From Caulobacterales bacterium (lineage in GTDB: Bacteria > Pseudomonadota > Alphaproteobacteria > Caulobacterales > Aquidulcibacteraceae), in assembly GCA_044356795.1 (NCBI GenBank), contig JBIKVO010000001.1:1-24303 (forward strand): 24,303 bases of DNA, read 5' to 3'. The notes beneath the pieces are model-generated. The model did not search any database, was not told the origin of the DNA, and was given only the letters and a program-made list of their open reading frames with translations. Of the stretch, positions 1 to 8,373 are shown one piece after another (positions within the stretch are counted from its first letter, which is position 1; each line of letters opens with the position of its first letter). A program made the position numbers and the translations under genes.

Positions 1-1053
1 GCGGGGATCGAGCCCGGTGATGTCAGCGAAGTGGTGCTCGGCCAGGTATTGACCGCCAACCAGGGGATGAACCCTGCCCGTCAAGCGGCCCGCGCCGCCG
101 GCATCCCGGATGCGAGCCCGGCTTGGGGAGTCAATCAGGTCTGCGGTTCGGGCCTTCGCAGCGTCGTGACCGGGATGCAGCAGATCGCCAATGGCGACGC
201 GCAGATTGTGGTCGCCGGCGGCCAGGAAAGCATGAGCCTTGCGCCGCATGTCGCGCATCTGCGGGCGGGCCAGAAAATGGGCGGTCTGGAGTTTTCAGAC
301 TCGATGATCAAGGACGGCCTGACCGACGTTTTCAACAATTACCACATGGGCATCACCGCCGAGAACGTTGCCGAGAAATGGCAGATCACCCGCGAGGCGC
401 AGGACGAATTCGCCCTCGCCAGCCAACACAAGGCCGCCGCCGCCAAGAGGGCCGGCCGGTTCATCGATGAGATCGCCCGCGTGACGATCAAGGGCCGCAA
501 GGGTGATGTCACCGTTGATGAGGACGAATATATCCGCATGGAGGCCAATATCGCCGACATGCAAAAACTGAAGCCCGCCTTCAAAAAGGACGGCACCGTT
601 ACCGCAGCGAACGCCTCGGGCATCAATGATGGCGCGGCGGCCATCGTGCTGATGACCGAAGAAGACGCGAAAAAGCGCGGCATCGAACCGCTGGCCCGGA
701 TCGTGTCATGGGCGTCGCGCGGGGTTGACCCCAGCGTGATGGGGACGGGGCCGATCCCCTCCTCCAAGGCGGCGCTGGAAAAAGCGGGCTGGAAGGTGTC
801 CGACCTCGACCTCGTTGAAAGCAACGAAGCGTTTGCCGCCCAGGCGCTGGCGGTGAACAAGGACATGGGCTGGGACCCGGCGATCGTCAATGTAAACGGC
901 GGCGCGATTGCCATCGGCCACCCGATCGGGGCCTCCGGCGCTCGCGTGCTAACGACGCTGCTGTACGAGCTGCGTCGAGCGAAAAAGTCGAAGGGCCTCG
1001 CCACGCTGTGCATCGGCGGCGGTATGGGCATCGCTGTGTGCGTGGAGCGGTAA
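1..1053 (+). CDS. phbA: Acetyl-CoA C-acetyltransferase (biosynthetic thiolase, PhbA/PhaA type), 5'-truncated by the window edge
   Basis: Frame 1 is open from base 1 ([16 protein letters not shown]...). Thiolase motifs VCGSG (catalytic Cys), [13 protein letters not shown] and CIGGGMG are present. Confidence 0.93.
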   Translation, partial: AGIEPGDVSEVVLGQVLTANQGMNPARQAARAAGIPDASPAWGVNQVCGSGLRSVVTGMQQIANGDAQIVVAGGQESMSLAPHVAHLRAGQKMGGLEFSDSMIKDGLTDVFNNYHMGITAENVAEKWQITREAQDEFALASQHKAAAAKRAGRFIDEIARVTIKGRKGDVTVDEDEYIRMEANIADMQKLKPAFKKDGTVTAANASGINDGAAAIVLMTEEDAKKRGIEPLARIVSWASRGVDPSVMGTGPIPSSKAALEKAGWKVSDLDLVESNEAFAAQALAVNKDMGWDPAIVNVNGGAIAIGHPIGASGARVLTTLLYELRRAKKSKGLATLCIGGGMGIAVCVER

Positions 1054-1080
1054 AGGCTGCTTGAGACCTGCGTCGAATTG

Positions 1081-1100
1081 GCGCCGACTGTGGTCGGCGC
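1081..1100 (+). terminator. GC-rich hairpin after the thiolase (possible terminator or stability hairpin)
   Basis: GCGCCGAC-TGTG-GTCGGCGC is a perfect 8-bp stem 28 nt after the stop. No adjacent U-tract. Confidence 0.35.
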
Positions 1101-1178
1101 TGCCACGCAGCTCTAAACTTTTTTGTATTGCGCGTCCGAATGAACAATCGGACGGAACCAAGAATGGAGATGCAAGCC

Positions 1179-1580
1179 ATGTCGGCCTCCAAACACGCAC
1201 CCGTGCGCCCGCTGTCGCCGCATCTGCAGGTCTGGCGCTGGCATGTGACCATGGCGTCTTCGATCTTTCACCGCGTCAGCGGTGGGGGGCTATATTTCGG
1301 CGCGCTGGGCCTTGCGGCCTGGTTTGCCGCTGCGGCCTTCGCACCGGACCACTTCACCATAGTGACCGGGCTGCTGCTGTCGCCCGTCGGTCAGGTGGTG
1401 CTGTACGGCCTTGCGGCGGGGCTGTGTTATCACTGGGCGAACGGCATTCGCCATCTGATGTGGGACATGGGTCACGGCCTGACGCCGAAAGCCGCCAATG
1501 GCAGCGCCTGGCTGGTCATCGCGTTTGGCGCGCTGGCCCCGCTGGGCTTGTGGGCGCTGGCGATGAGCAAGGGGGGCTGA
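1179..1580 (+). CDS. sdhC: Succinate dehydrogenase cytochrome b556 subunit
   Basis: Motifs RPLSPHLQVWRW, SSIFHR and HWANGIRHL (heme ligand); three hydrophobic segments. ATG 1179 follows GGAGA (1166-1170) and is preferred to the ORF-track start at 1128. Confidence 0.95.
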   Translation: MSASKHAPVRPLSPHLQVWRWHVTMASSIFHRVSGGGLYFGALGLAAWFAAAAFAPDHFTIVTGLLLSPVGQVVLYGLAAGLCYHWANGIRHLMWDMGHGLTPKAANGSAWLVIAFGALAPLGLWALAMSKGG

Positions 1581-1584
1581 TCCG

Positions 1585-1941
1585 ATGGCGAGCAAAACCC
1601 ACCGCCCGCATGGTGCGGGCCATTTCCTGCAGGAACGCATCAGTTCGGCGGCGTTGACGATCTTGGCGCCGGTCTTTGCTGTATTGCTGGTGTTGGGCGC
1701 GGACGGATCGCTGGCCGAGCTGCAAAACTTTCTGTCAAACCCGCTCAATGCCTGGGTGAGTGCTGCGTTTTTGCTGGTCAGCCTCTGGCACATGATGATG
1801 GGCATGGATGTGGTGATTGACGATTACATTGCCAAACCGGCCGGCAACGGTCTGTTGAAGACACTGAATTACGCAGCTTGTCTCGCCGCCGCCGGCGGCG
1901 GCCTATATGCGATTTATGTGATGAAAACGACGGGGGCTTGA
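1585..1941 (+). CDS. sdhD: Succinate dehydrogenase hydrophobic membrane anchor
   Basis: [12 protein letters not shown] and [14 protein letters not shown] (heme His, quinone-site DY); lies between sdhC and sdhA. Confidence 0.93.
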   Translation: MASKTHRPHGAGHFLQERISSAALTILAPVFAVLLVLGADGSLAELQNFLSNPLNAWVSAAFLLVSLWHMMMGMDVVIDDYIAKPAGNGLLKTLNYAACLAAAGGGLYAIYVMKTTGA

Positions 1942-1945
1942 GTTC

Positions 1946-3730
1946 GTGACCGCCTATAGTTGGATTGATCATCGGTACGATGTGGTTGTGGTTGGGGCCG
2001 GCGGCTCTGGCTTGCGGGCAGCGCTGGGTTGCGCCCAGGCCGGCCTGAAAACCGCTTGCCTGTCGAAAGTGTTCCCGACCCGCTCGCACACGGTGGCCGC
2101 ACAGGGCGGCATTTCGGCCGCACTCGGCAATATGGGCGAAGATGACTGGCGCTGGCACATGTTTGACACCGTGAAGGGGTCGGACTGGCTTGGCGATCAG
2201 GACGCAATCGAATACCTCACCCGCAATGCGCCCGCCGCTGTTTACGAGCTGGAGCATTGGGGCGTCCCCTTCTCGCGCACAGAAGAGGGAAAAATTTATC
2301 AGCGCGCTTTTGGCGGCATGACGCGCAATTATGGTGAAGCGCCTGTGCAGCGCACCTGCGCCGCCGCTGACCGCACCGGCCACGCCATCCTGCACACCTT
2401 GTATGGCCAGTCGGTGAAGCAGGACGTGGAGTTTTTCATCGAATACTTCGCGCTAGACCTGATCATGGACGGCGATGTGTGCACGGGCGTCACGGCGTGG
2501 CGTCTGGAAGACGGCACACTGCATCGCTTTGCGGCGCAACGCGTGATCCTGGCGACGGGCGGCTATGGCCGGGCCTATTTGTCTTGCACTTCGGCCCACA
2601 CCTGCACCGGCGATGGCAATGCGATGGTGCTGCGCGCCGGTTTGCCGTTGCAGGACATGGAGTTCGTGCAATTCCACCCGACCGGGATTTTCCCCGCCGG
2701 CTGCCTGATCACGGAAGGCGCCCGCGGCGAGGGCGGCTATCTCACCAATTCTGAGGGCGAACGCTTTATGGAGCGCTACGCCCCGACCGTGAAGGACCTC
2801 GCGCCGCGCGACATGGTGAGCCGCGCGATGACGATGGAAATCCGCGAGGGCCGCGGCGTCGGCCCAAAGAAGGATCACATCCATCTGCATCTTGAGCATC
2901 TGGATCCGAAGATTCTGCATGCCCGCCTGCCCGGCATCTCTGAAAGCGCGAAGGTGTTTGCCGGCGTTGACGTAACGAAGGGGCCGATCCCGGTGCTGCC
3001 GACGGTGCACTACAATATGGGCGGCATCCAAACGAACTATCATGGCGAAGTGCTGACCAAGAAGGGCGACAATCCGGACGCCATCGTCGAAGGCCTGATG
3101 GCGGTTGGCGAAGCGGCGTGCGTTTCGGTGCATGGCGCCAATCGGCTGGGCTCTAACTCGCTGATCGACCTTGTGGTGTTTGGCCGTGCGGTCGGATTGC
3201 GCTGTGGCGATGTCCTGAAGCCGGGCCAGATCCCTACCCTGCCGGCCAATGCGGGCGAAGCGCATTTGGCGCGGCTGGACAAGTTCCGGCACGCCAAAGG
3301 CGGCGCCCCGACCGCGCGCCTGCGCGATGAAATGCAGCGCACCATGCAAGATACCTGCGCGGTGTATCGCACCGGGCCGGTGCTTGAGGAAGGCGTTCAT
3401 CGGATGGCCAAGGTGTATGCCGGCATGCCGGATATTGGCGTGACGGATCGGTCGATGATTTGGAACTCCGATCTCGTGGAGACGCTGGAATTCGATAATC
3501 TGATCCAACAGGCCGTGGTGACGGTGGTGTCTGCGGAAAACCGCAAGGAAAGCCGCGGCGCCCACGCGCGGGAGGACTTCTCCGAACGCGATGATGAACA
3601 CTGGATGAAGCACACCCTGGCCTGGCTGGACCCCGAAAGCGGCTCTGTCCGGATCGATTATCGCCCGGTGCATTCCAACACAATGAGCAACGATGTGGCT
3701 CCAATCCCGCCGAAGAAGCGGGTGTATTGA
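1946..3730 (+). CDS. sdhA: Succinate dehydrogenase flavoprotein subunit
   Basis: GAGGSG dinucleotide fold, [10 protein letters not shown] (covalent FAD His), [29 protein letters not shown]; 594 aa; GTG start. Confidence 0.98.
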   Translation: MTAYSWIDHRYDVVVVGAGGSGLRAALGCAQAGLKTACLSKVFPTRSHTVAAQGGISAALGNMGEDDWRWHMFDTVKGSDWLGDQDAIEYLTRNAPAAVYELEHWGVPFSRTEEGKIYQRAFGGMTRNYGEAPVQRTCAAADRTGHAILHTLYGQSVKQDVEFFIEYFALDLIMDGDVCTGVTAWRLEDGTLHRFAAQRVILATGGYGRAYLSCTSAHTCTGDGNAMVLRAGLPLQDMEFVQFHPTGIFPAGCLITEGARGEGGYLTNSEGERFMERYAPTVKDLAPRDMVSRAMTMEIREGRGVGPKKDHIHLHLEHLDPKILHARLPGISESAKVFAGVDVTKGPIPVLPTVHYNMGGIQTNYHGEVLTKKGDNPDAIVEGLMAVGEAACVSVHGANRLGSNSLIDLVVFGRAVGLRCGDVLKPGQIPTLPANAGEAHLARLDKFRHAKGGAPTARLRDEMQRTMQDTCAVYRTGPVLEEGVHRMAKVYAGMPDIGVTDRSMIWNSDLVETLEFDNLIQQAVVTVVSAENRKESRGAHAREDFSERDDEHWMKHTLAWLDPESGSVRIDYRPVHSNTMSNDVAPIPPKKRVY

Positions 3731-3813
3731 GGGATCGCATTCTGCGGTAGGCGGCCGCGCTTAAGACAGGACTGCCGCGCAACAATGGGTTGGGGGCCGG
3801 CCATAAGTGCCCA

Positions 3814-4114
3814 GTGAGCGGACGCATATATGCGATCGTGTTCGACCTCGTCACCCAGGTGCTGCAAGCCACGTGCCCCAATAGCTCTTGGGACAATGCG
3901 CACGCGGACATTCGAAACTACCGCGTTGCTTAGGGATTTGAGTGGAAGCAAGGCAGCACGTACTTCGGCGATAACAGCGTTGACGCTGTGACCGGCAGTT
4001 CGCGATATCCATATGCTTCGGATCGAAGAGAATAACGATCTGCAAGCCGCGATCGATGTTCTGGACCGTTGGCCGTCAATCATAACGGCTTCGCCGGGCA
4101 AAGAAGCGCGTTGA
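3814..4114 (+). pseudogene. vapD: VapD-family (Cas2-like endoribonuclease) pseudogene
   Basis: From GTG 3814: ...IYAIVFDLVTQVLQATCPNSSWDNAHADIRNYRVA*GFEWKQGSTYFGDNSVDAVT, with in-frame TAG at 3931-3933. Then a frame change at ~3997 to VRDIHMLRIEENNDLQAAI. These blocks match VapD as I recall it (YAIxFD; GFxWxQGSxYFG; VRDIxMLRIEENNDL), with the middle segment missing. Confidence 0.82.
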
Positions 4115-4169
4115 CCTTCGATTGGTTCTGCAGCCGGCGTAAACAGCCGGATCAAGCGCGGTTATGTCA

Positions 4170-4390
4170 TCACACGACGCACCCAGCCAACCCCGGAACC
4201 GCGAGATATTCCGCGCGCTTTTCACGGAGTTCGGCCTTCTCCGTCGACGGCGACACAACCTCGACCACGAATTGCGGATCGTCGCGCGCCGTGGCGTTCA
4301 GATCGCGCGGGCCGCAATGGACGAACACTCTGCTCCCCCCATTGATGAACTCGTCAACGCTCCACAGCTGGGAGGTCGGCGCAAGCGGAT
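4170..4390 (-). pseudogene. Uma2/DUF820-family (restriction-endonuclease-like fold) relic with apparent internal deletion
   Basis: Reads LWSVDEFINGGSR-VFVHCGPRDLNATARDDPQFVVEVVSPSTEKAELREKRAEYLAVPGLAGCVV*. xVDEF resembles the N-terminal motif; VEVxSPS and KxxxY..P are core motifs. The ELxxG, HxxI and PD segments, a credible start and the C-terminus are missing. Confidence 0.7.
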
Positions 4391-4495
4391 TTGATATCCT
4401 GTCAAGCAACCACGATCGACACATGCGATTGATGTTTTGCCTTGACCTGCCCGATCGCTCCGCGAACGATGCGATAATCGCGAAAGGTCTTATCC

Positions 4496-5110
4496 ATGCG
4501 CCGTCTTGCCCTGATCGTTGCTGCGGCGGTCCTGATCGGCTGTTTGCCTGCAGAGGCGCCGAAGAAGACTGCTGATGCCGCATCCGCTGCGCCGGCCGCC
4601 CTGACGTGCACGCAGGAAATCACCAAGACCGCCGCCCTTACCGGCGCCGACGCCAACGATCTGATCACGGTGCGCAGTTTCGCTGCGCCCGCGATCCCGG
4701 AAGTCTTCAAGGGCGAAGACACCACCGAAAACGGCGCATTGTGTACCAATGCCACCGTGATAATGACGGTCCACAGCGGGCAAAGCAGTGCACCGTTGAT
4801 CGTGGTCTCCTCCCCTGCCGTTGCGCTGGACATGGTGACCGGCGCGACCGCGCCGTTCAACCCGACAGCCCTGAAGGCGCTTCTGGAAAAGTTCGCCGCC
4901 GTGGAGGTGACAACCCAGGATAAGGCCCCCGCTTTCGGCACGGTGACCGTGGCAACCGGCTTGAGCCGGGAAGACTACAACGCGCTGAAAGCCACAAGGG
5001 CGCCCATGGTGTGCGTCATGGAAACCGTCCACAACCGCGTTTGCTATGCGATGGTTGGCGCGGCCCCGTACACCCGCGCCGACAGCTTCTTCGTCGAAGA
5101 TGTGAGCTGA
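4496..5110 (+). CDS. Hypothetical lipoprotein
   Basis: Signal peptide MRRLALIVAAAVLIG followed by C (lipobox LIGC); 204 aa with host-like codon usage; no family recognised. Confidence 0.8.
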   Translation: MRRLALIVAAAVLIGCLPAEAPKKTADAASAAPAALTCTQEITKTAALTGADANDLITVRSFAAPAIPEVFKGEDTTENGALCTNATVIMTVHSGQSSAPLIVVSSPAVALDMVTGATAPFNPTALKALLEKFAAVEVTTQDKAPAFGTVTVATGLSREDYNALKATRAPMVCVMETVHNRVCYAMVGAAPYTRADSFFVEDVS

Positions 5111-5132
5111 TCGCAAGCCGCCCTCGCTGAGC

Positions 5133-5157
5133 AGCCCTGTTGTGCATGCAGGGCTTT
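5133..5157 (+). terminator. Possible intrinsic terminator
   Basis: AGCCCTG-N9-CAGGGCT followed by TT, 23 nt after the lipoprotein stop. Confidence 0.35.
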
Positions 5158-5189
5158 CCGCCTGCCCGGGCCGCCGCTACATTTGTGCG

Positions 5190-5621
5190 ATGGCGTTTTT
5201 CGGCACCTGGATCTCCGAGCTTGGCCGGCAGCGCATGAATTTGCGCAAGCGGTTGAATGAATCGCGCGCCAGTTTGATCGAGTTTGGCCTGCTGACCTGC
5301 CTGATGCTGGGCTCGATCGGCCTGTTGGTGCCGGAGCGCGGCTTTGCGGCGGCGCCATGGGGCGTGGCGATCCCGATCATGTATCTGGCGGCGATGGCGG
5401 TGGTGGAGATCGTGCGCCAAAGGGCGATCAAACAGCCCGAAGACGTCGTGCGGATGCGCCGCGGCTACGGCCGTGTGACCGGACTGATCGGCTTTTTGAG
5501 TGCGGCTGCAGGGATGGCGACGTTTGTTCATGCAATCATTCATGGCCAACCTTTGTCGCCGCCGGATGCGCCGGTGCCGGAGGACTTGCGCCGCGCCATC
5601 GAGATAACCGTAACGCGGTGA
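5190..5621 (+). CDS. Hypothetical membrane protein (about 3 TM segments)
   Basis: Three hydrophobic stretches (LIEFGLLTCLMLGSIGLLV; WGVAIPIMYLAAMAVV; VTGLIGFLSAAAGMATFV) separated by basic loops. ATG 5190 chosen; the ORF track starts at 5142. Confidence 0.7.
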   Translation: MAFFGTWISELGRQRMNLRKRLNESRASLIEFGLLTCLMLGSIGLLVPERGFAAAPWGVAIPIMYLAAMAVVEIVRQRAIKQPEDVVRMRRGYGRVTGLIGFLSAAAGMATFVHAIIHGQPLSPPDAPVPEDLRRAIEITVTR

Positions 5622-6208
5622 CATCGGGCGGTAAGCTGTGCGTCCGCGCCGACCTCGCATGGATTGAGGAGCCGCCAGCGGTGCAATCAAAGCGCGAAAC
5701 CGCGATCTATCCGATCGAGGTCGCCGCCGCGTATTGCGCGGCATGCATGGTCTGCTTCCCCTTCTGTCGCAGCTGGCGCGAGCCTTGCGGGTCTCAAAAA
5801 ACTCGAACGCGATCTGTTTCGCATGCGCGTGGCGCTGTATCGCGTCCGCCACCCTGCAACAGATGTTTGTGATGCTCCATCACGGCGCGCTGTCCATGAT
5901 TGCGGCGACGGACATGCATCCCGACCGCATTGCCATGTTGCGCCCTGGCCAAAAGCCGTACAGCACGCGGCTTTATGGTTGACGCACAATGGGGATCCTC
6001 GTGCGCTACAAACGCGCACGCGCCGATCACGCGCGTCGCGGAAAACCTCAAAACTATTGGCCGCTCGTGTGCATCGCGGTGGATTGACCCATCGCCTACT
6101 ATTGTCCGCACACAGGCGATCCCGTTCCCGCCTTGATTCCACGTCGCGCGTTTCTTCAACCTGTATGATTTTCTGCTCCGCTGGAGCCCCAAGTCCGGCG
6201 CTATGTGT

Positions 6209-6404
6209 GTTGGCTGTCCGCCAGGCGCTGGTGTCATGCCGGCGGCCTTTTCGAATTGGGCGGCGAACCTCGATGGGTTTTCCCAGCCCACTCGCACAGC
6301 GATTTCGGTGATCGGCTGGCACAGGACTGTGATCAAGGAGGGCGCAATGATCGAAGCCGGGCGAAGTTGGCGGGCTTTCAGGCCGAGTGGACACCGGTCG
6401 ACAT
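6209..6404 (-). pseudogene. AraC-family regulator C-terminal HTH relic
   Basis: Stitched across frames: STGVHSA*(TGA 6380-6378)KPANFARLR / FDHCALLDHS / CQPITEIAVRVGWENPSRFAAQFEKAAGMTP (PITEIA starts at 6315, GMTP ends at 6229) / SAWRTAN. This matches the AraC second-HTH signature. Confidence 0.75.
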
Positions 6405-6413
6405 GGGGGTGCT

Positions 6414-7544
6414 TCAGCCGCCCAAACGGCGGATCACCTCATCCAGCTGTTCCAGCGTACGATAACTGATCTGCACCGCACCGCCCTGATCCCCCTTATG
6501 GGCAATCGTGACCGACAGGCCGAGGGCGTCGGACAGGCGCTGTTCTAGGGCGCGGGTATCGGCGTCCTTCTCCCCTGCCCCGCTCGCGGAAGCCGGGCGG
6601 ACACGCGCACCATCGCGCGCCTCTTTGGCTTGTTGAGCGAGGCGTTCAATCTCGCGGACATTCAGCCCTTGCGTGATGGCGCGCTGCGCCAGATCCATCA
6701 TGTTGGGTGCGGTGAGGATCGCGCGGGCATGACCCGCCGTTAGTCGGCCGTCCTGCACCATGGCTTGCACCTCGCCCGGCAGACCCAGAAGCCGCAGCGT
6801 ATTGGCGATGTGCGGCCGCGATTTGCCAACCACCTCCGCCAGTTCCTGTTGGGTGCGGCCAAAGCGATCAATCAGCGCCTGATAGCCCATCGCTTCTTCA
6901 ATCGGGTTCAGGTCGGCGCGTTGAACGTTTTCGATGATCCCGATTTCCAGGATCTCCACATCATCGAGGTCGCGGATCACTGCCGGGATCTCGTGCAGGT
7001 TGGCCCGTTGTGCGGCCCGCCAGCGGCGTTCGCCAGCGACAATCTCGTACCGCTCTTCGCCGTTGTCGTGAATTGGGCGCACCAGGATCGGTTGCAGCAC
7101 CCCTCTCGCCCGCACCGAGTCGGCGAGTTCCGCGAGTTCGGTCTCGTCGAAATGTTTGCGCGGCTGATGCGGATTACGCTGGATCAGGGCAATCGGAATG
7201 AAGCGACTGCCAGAGCGCGGCGGCTCTGGCGTCGGGGCGACCGCTTGCGGCGGCGGCGCGACCGGAATGACCGGGAATGGCGTGATCGACGCCGTTGCCG
7301 GCGGGGACTCGGGCTGGGGGGTCGGCGTAGGTGTGAAAATAGTCGGGGCGACTGTTGTCGGTGTCGCCGTCTGGACAACAGCAGGCGCGGAGCCGACTGA
7401 AACCGGTGTGAAGGGCGCGCTCTGCGTCGGGGCTTGTGGGGCCGGTTCATTGGCCGGAGGCGCGATGGGCTCCGGCATTAAGGCCTCGCCCAAGAGCGAC
7501 GCGAGTCCGCGTCCCAATCCCCGTGGCCGCAATGGTTCCGACAT
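6414..7544 (-). CDS. parB: ParB/Spo0J chromosome partitioning CTPase
   Basis: N-terminal RGLGRGLASLL peptide, NPHQPR, GERRWRAA CTP motif, ENVQRADL, and HTH TQQELAEVVGKSRPHIANTLRLL. Confidence 0.97.
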   Translation of the reverse strand: MSEPLRPRGLGRGLASLLGEALMPEPIAPPANEPAPQAPTQSAPFTPVSVGSAPAVVQTATPTTVAPTIFTPTPTPQPESPPATASITPFPVIPVAPPPQAVAPTPEPPRSGSRFIPIALIQRNPHQPRKHFDETELAELADSVRARGVLQPILVRPIHDNGEERYEIVAGERRWRAAQRANLHEIPAVIRDLDDVEILEIGIIENVQRADLNPIEEAMGYQALIDRFGRTQQELAEVVGKSRPHIANTLRLLGLPGEVQAMVQDGRLTAGHARAILTAPNMMDLAQRAITQGLNVREIERLAQQAKEARDGARVRPASASGAGEKDADTRALEQRLSDALGLSVTIAHKGDQGGAVQISYRTLEQLDEVIRRLGG

Positions 7545-7563
7545 GCCCTACTCCCTATCGCGC

Positions 7564-8373
7564 TCACGCCGCTTTGCGCACTGATTCTCGTTCCAGGAGT
7601 TCGCGGGCCAACGCAAGATAAGCCTGCGAACCGGGCGCTTTGTGATCATAAATGATCGCGGGCATACCGTGTGACGGCGCTTCAGAGAGGCGCACATTGC
7701 GCGGTATGACCGTCGCATAGACCTTCTCGCCCAGATGCGCGCGCACATCATTGGCGACCTGATCCGACAGCGACGTGCGCTTGTCGTGCATTGTCAGCAC
7801 AATGCCTTGGATTGCCAGTGACGGGTTAAGATTGCGTTGAACAAGCTGAACAGTCTGTAAAAGCTGCTTCAGCCCTTCCAGCGCGAAGAATTCGCACTGC
7901 AGCGGGACCAGCACGTCGTCGGAACCGGTCAGGGCGTTGACCGTCAGCACGTTCAAAGACGGCGGGCAATCAATCAGCAGATAGTCGTCCTCTCCCCGCG
8001 CGCGCAGCGGGGCCACCGCATCAAGCAACCGATATTGCGGGCGCTCGGCCTGCATCAATTCGGTTTCCAGGCCCGACAGGTCCTGCGAGCCGGCGATCAG
8101 CCGCAGCCCCGGCACCAAAGTATCCACCACCGCATCATCGAAGCTGCAGTCGCCCACCAGCACATGATAGCTGGATCGCGGGCGCTGATGCGCTTGCACG
8201 TTCAGTCCGGTGGCGGCGTTGCCCTGCGGATCGATGTCGAAGATCGTCACCCGCTTGCCGGCCGCCGCGAGGGCTGCACCCAGATTAATCGCCGTCGTGG
8301 TCTTGCCCACCCCGCCCTTCTGGTTGGCGATGGAGATGACCTTGAGGCGCCGCTTCGACTTTTCGTCAGCCAT
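7564..8373 (-). CDS. parA: ParA/Soj partitioning ATPase
   Basis: Deviant Walker A KGGVGKTT, DIDPQGN, IDCPPSL, PLQCEFFALEG, IPRNVRLSEAPSHG. Confidence 0.97.
   Translation of the reverse strand: MADEKSKRRLKVISIANQKGGVGKTTTAINLGAALAAAGKRVTIFDIDPQGNAATGLNVQAHQRPRSSYHVLVGDCSFDDAVVDTLVPGLRLIAGSQDLSGLETELMQAERPQYRLLDAVAPLRARGEDDYLLIDCPPSLNVLTVNALTGSDDVLVPLQCEFFALEGLKQLLQTVQLVQRNLNPSLAIQGIVLTMHDKRTSLSDQVANDVRAHLGEKVYATVIPRNVRLSEAPSHGMPAIIYDHKAPGSQAYLALARELLERESVRKAA

Noticed and set aside
2453-3673. Long antisense ORF (406 aa) and similar shadows (e.g. 339-1106, 6765-7400, 9856-11754, 12669-13367, 12884-13915, 14423-15253, 17101-17982, 22609-23244)
   Set aside because: They overlap well-supported genes on the opposite strand or in another frame, have no recognisable motifs, and are expected in high-GC DNA.
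4496-4513. Identical N-terminal MRRLAL in the lipoprotein at 4496 and the GDPD at 14511
   Set aside because: The DNA sequences differ at synonymous positions and similarity ends after six residues; generic signal-peptide composition.
6335-6349. Strong plus-strand SD (AAGGAGG) with ATG at 6347
   Set aside because: The ORF runs into parB antisense with no recognisable product; the motif is the reverse complement of the ALLD codons in the AraC relic.
7826-7840. CtrA-like TTAA-N7-TTGA
   Set aside because: One mismatch, inside the parA coding sequence, with no promoter context.
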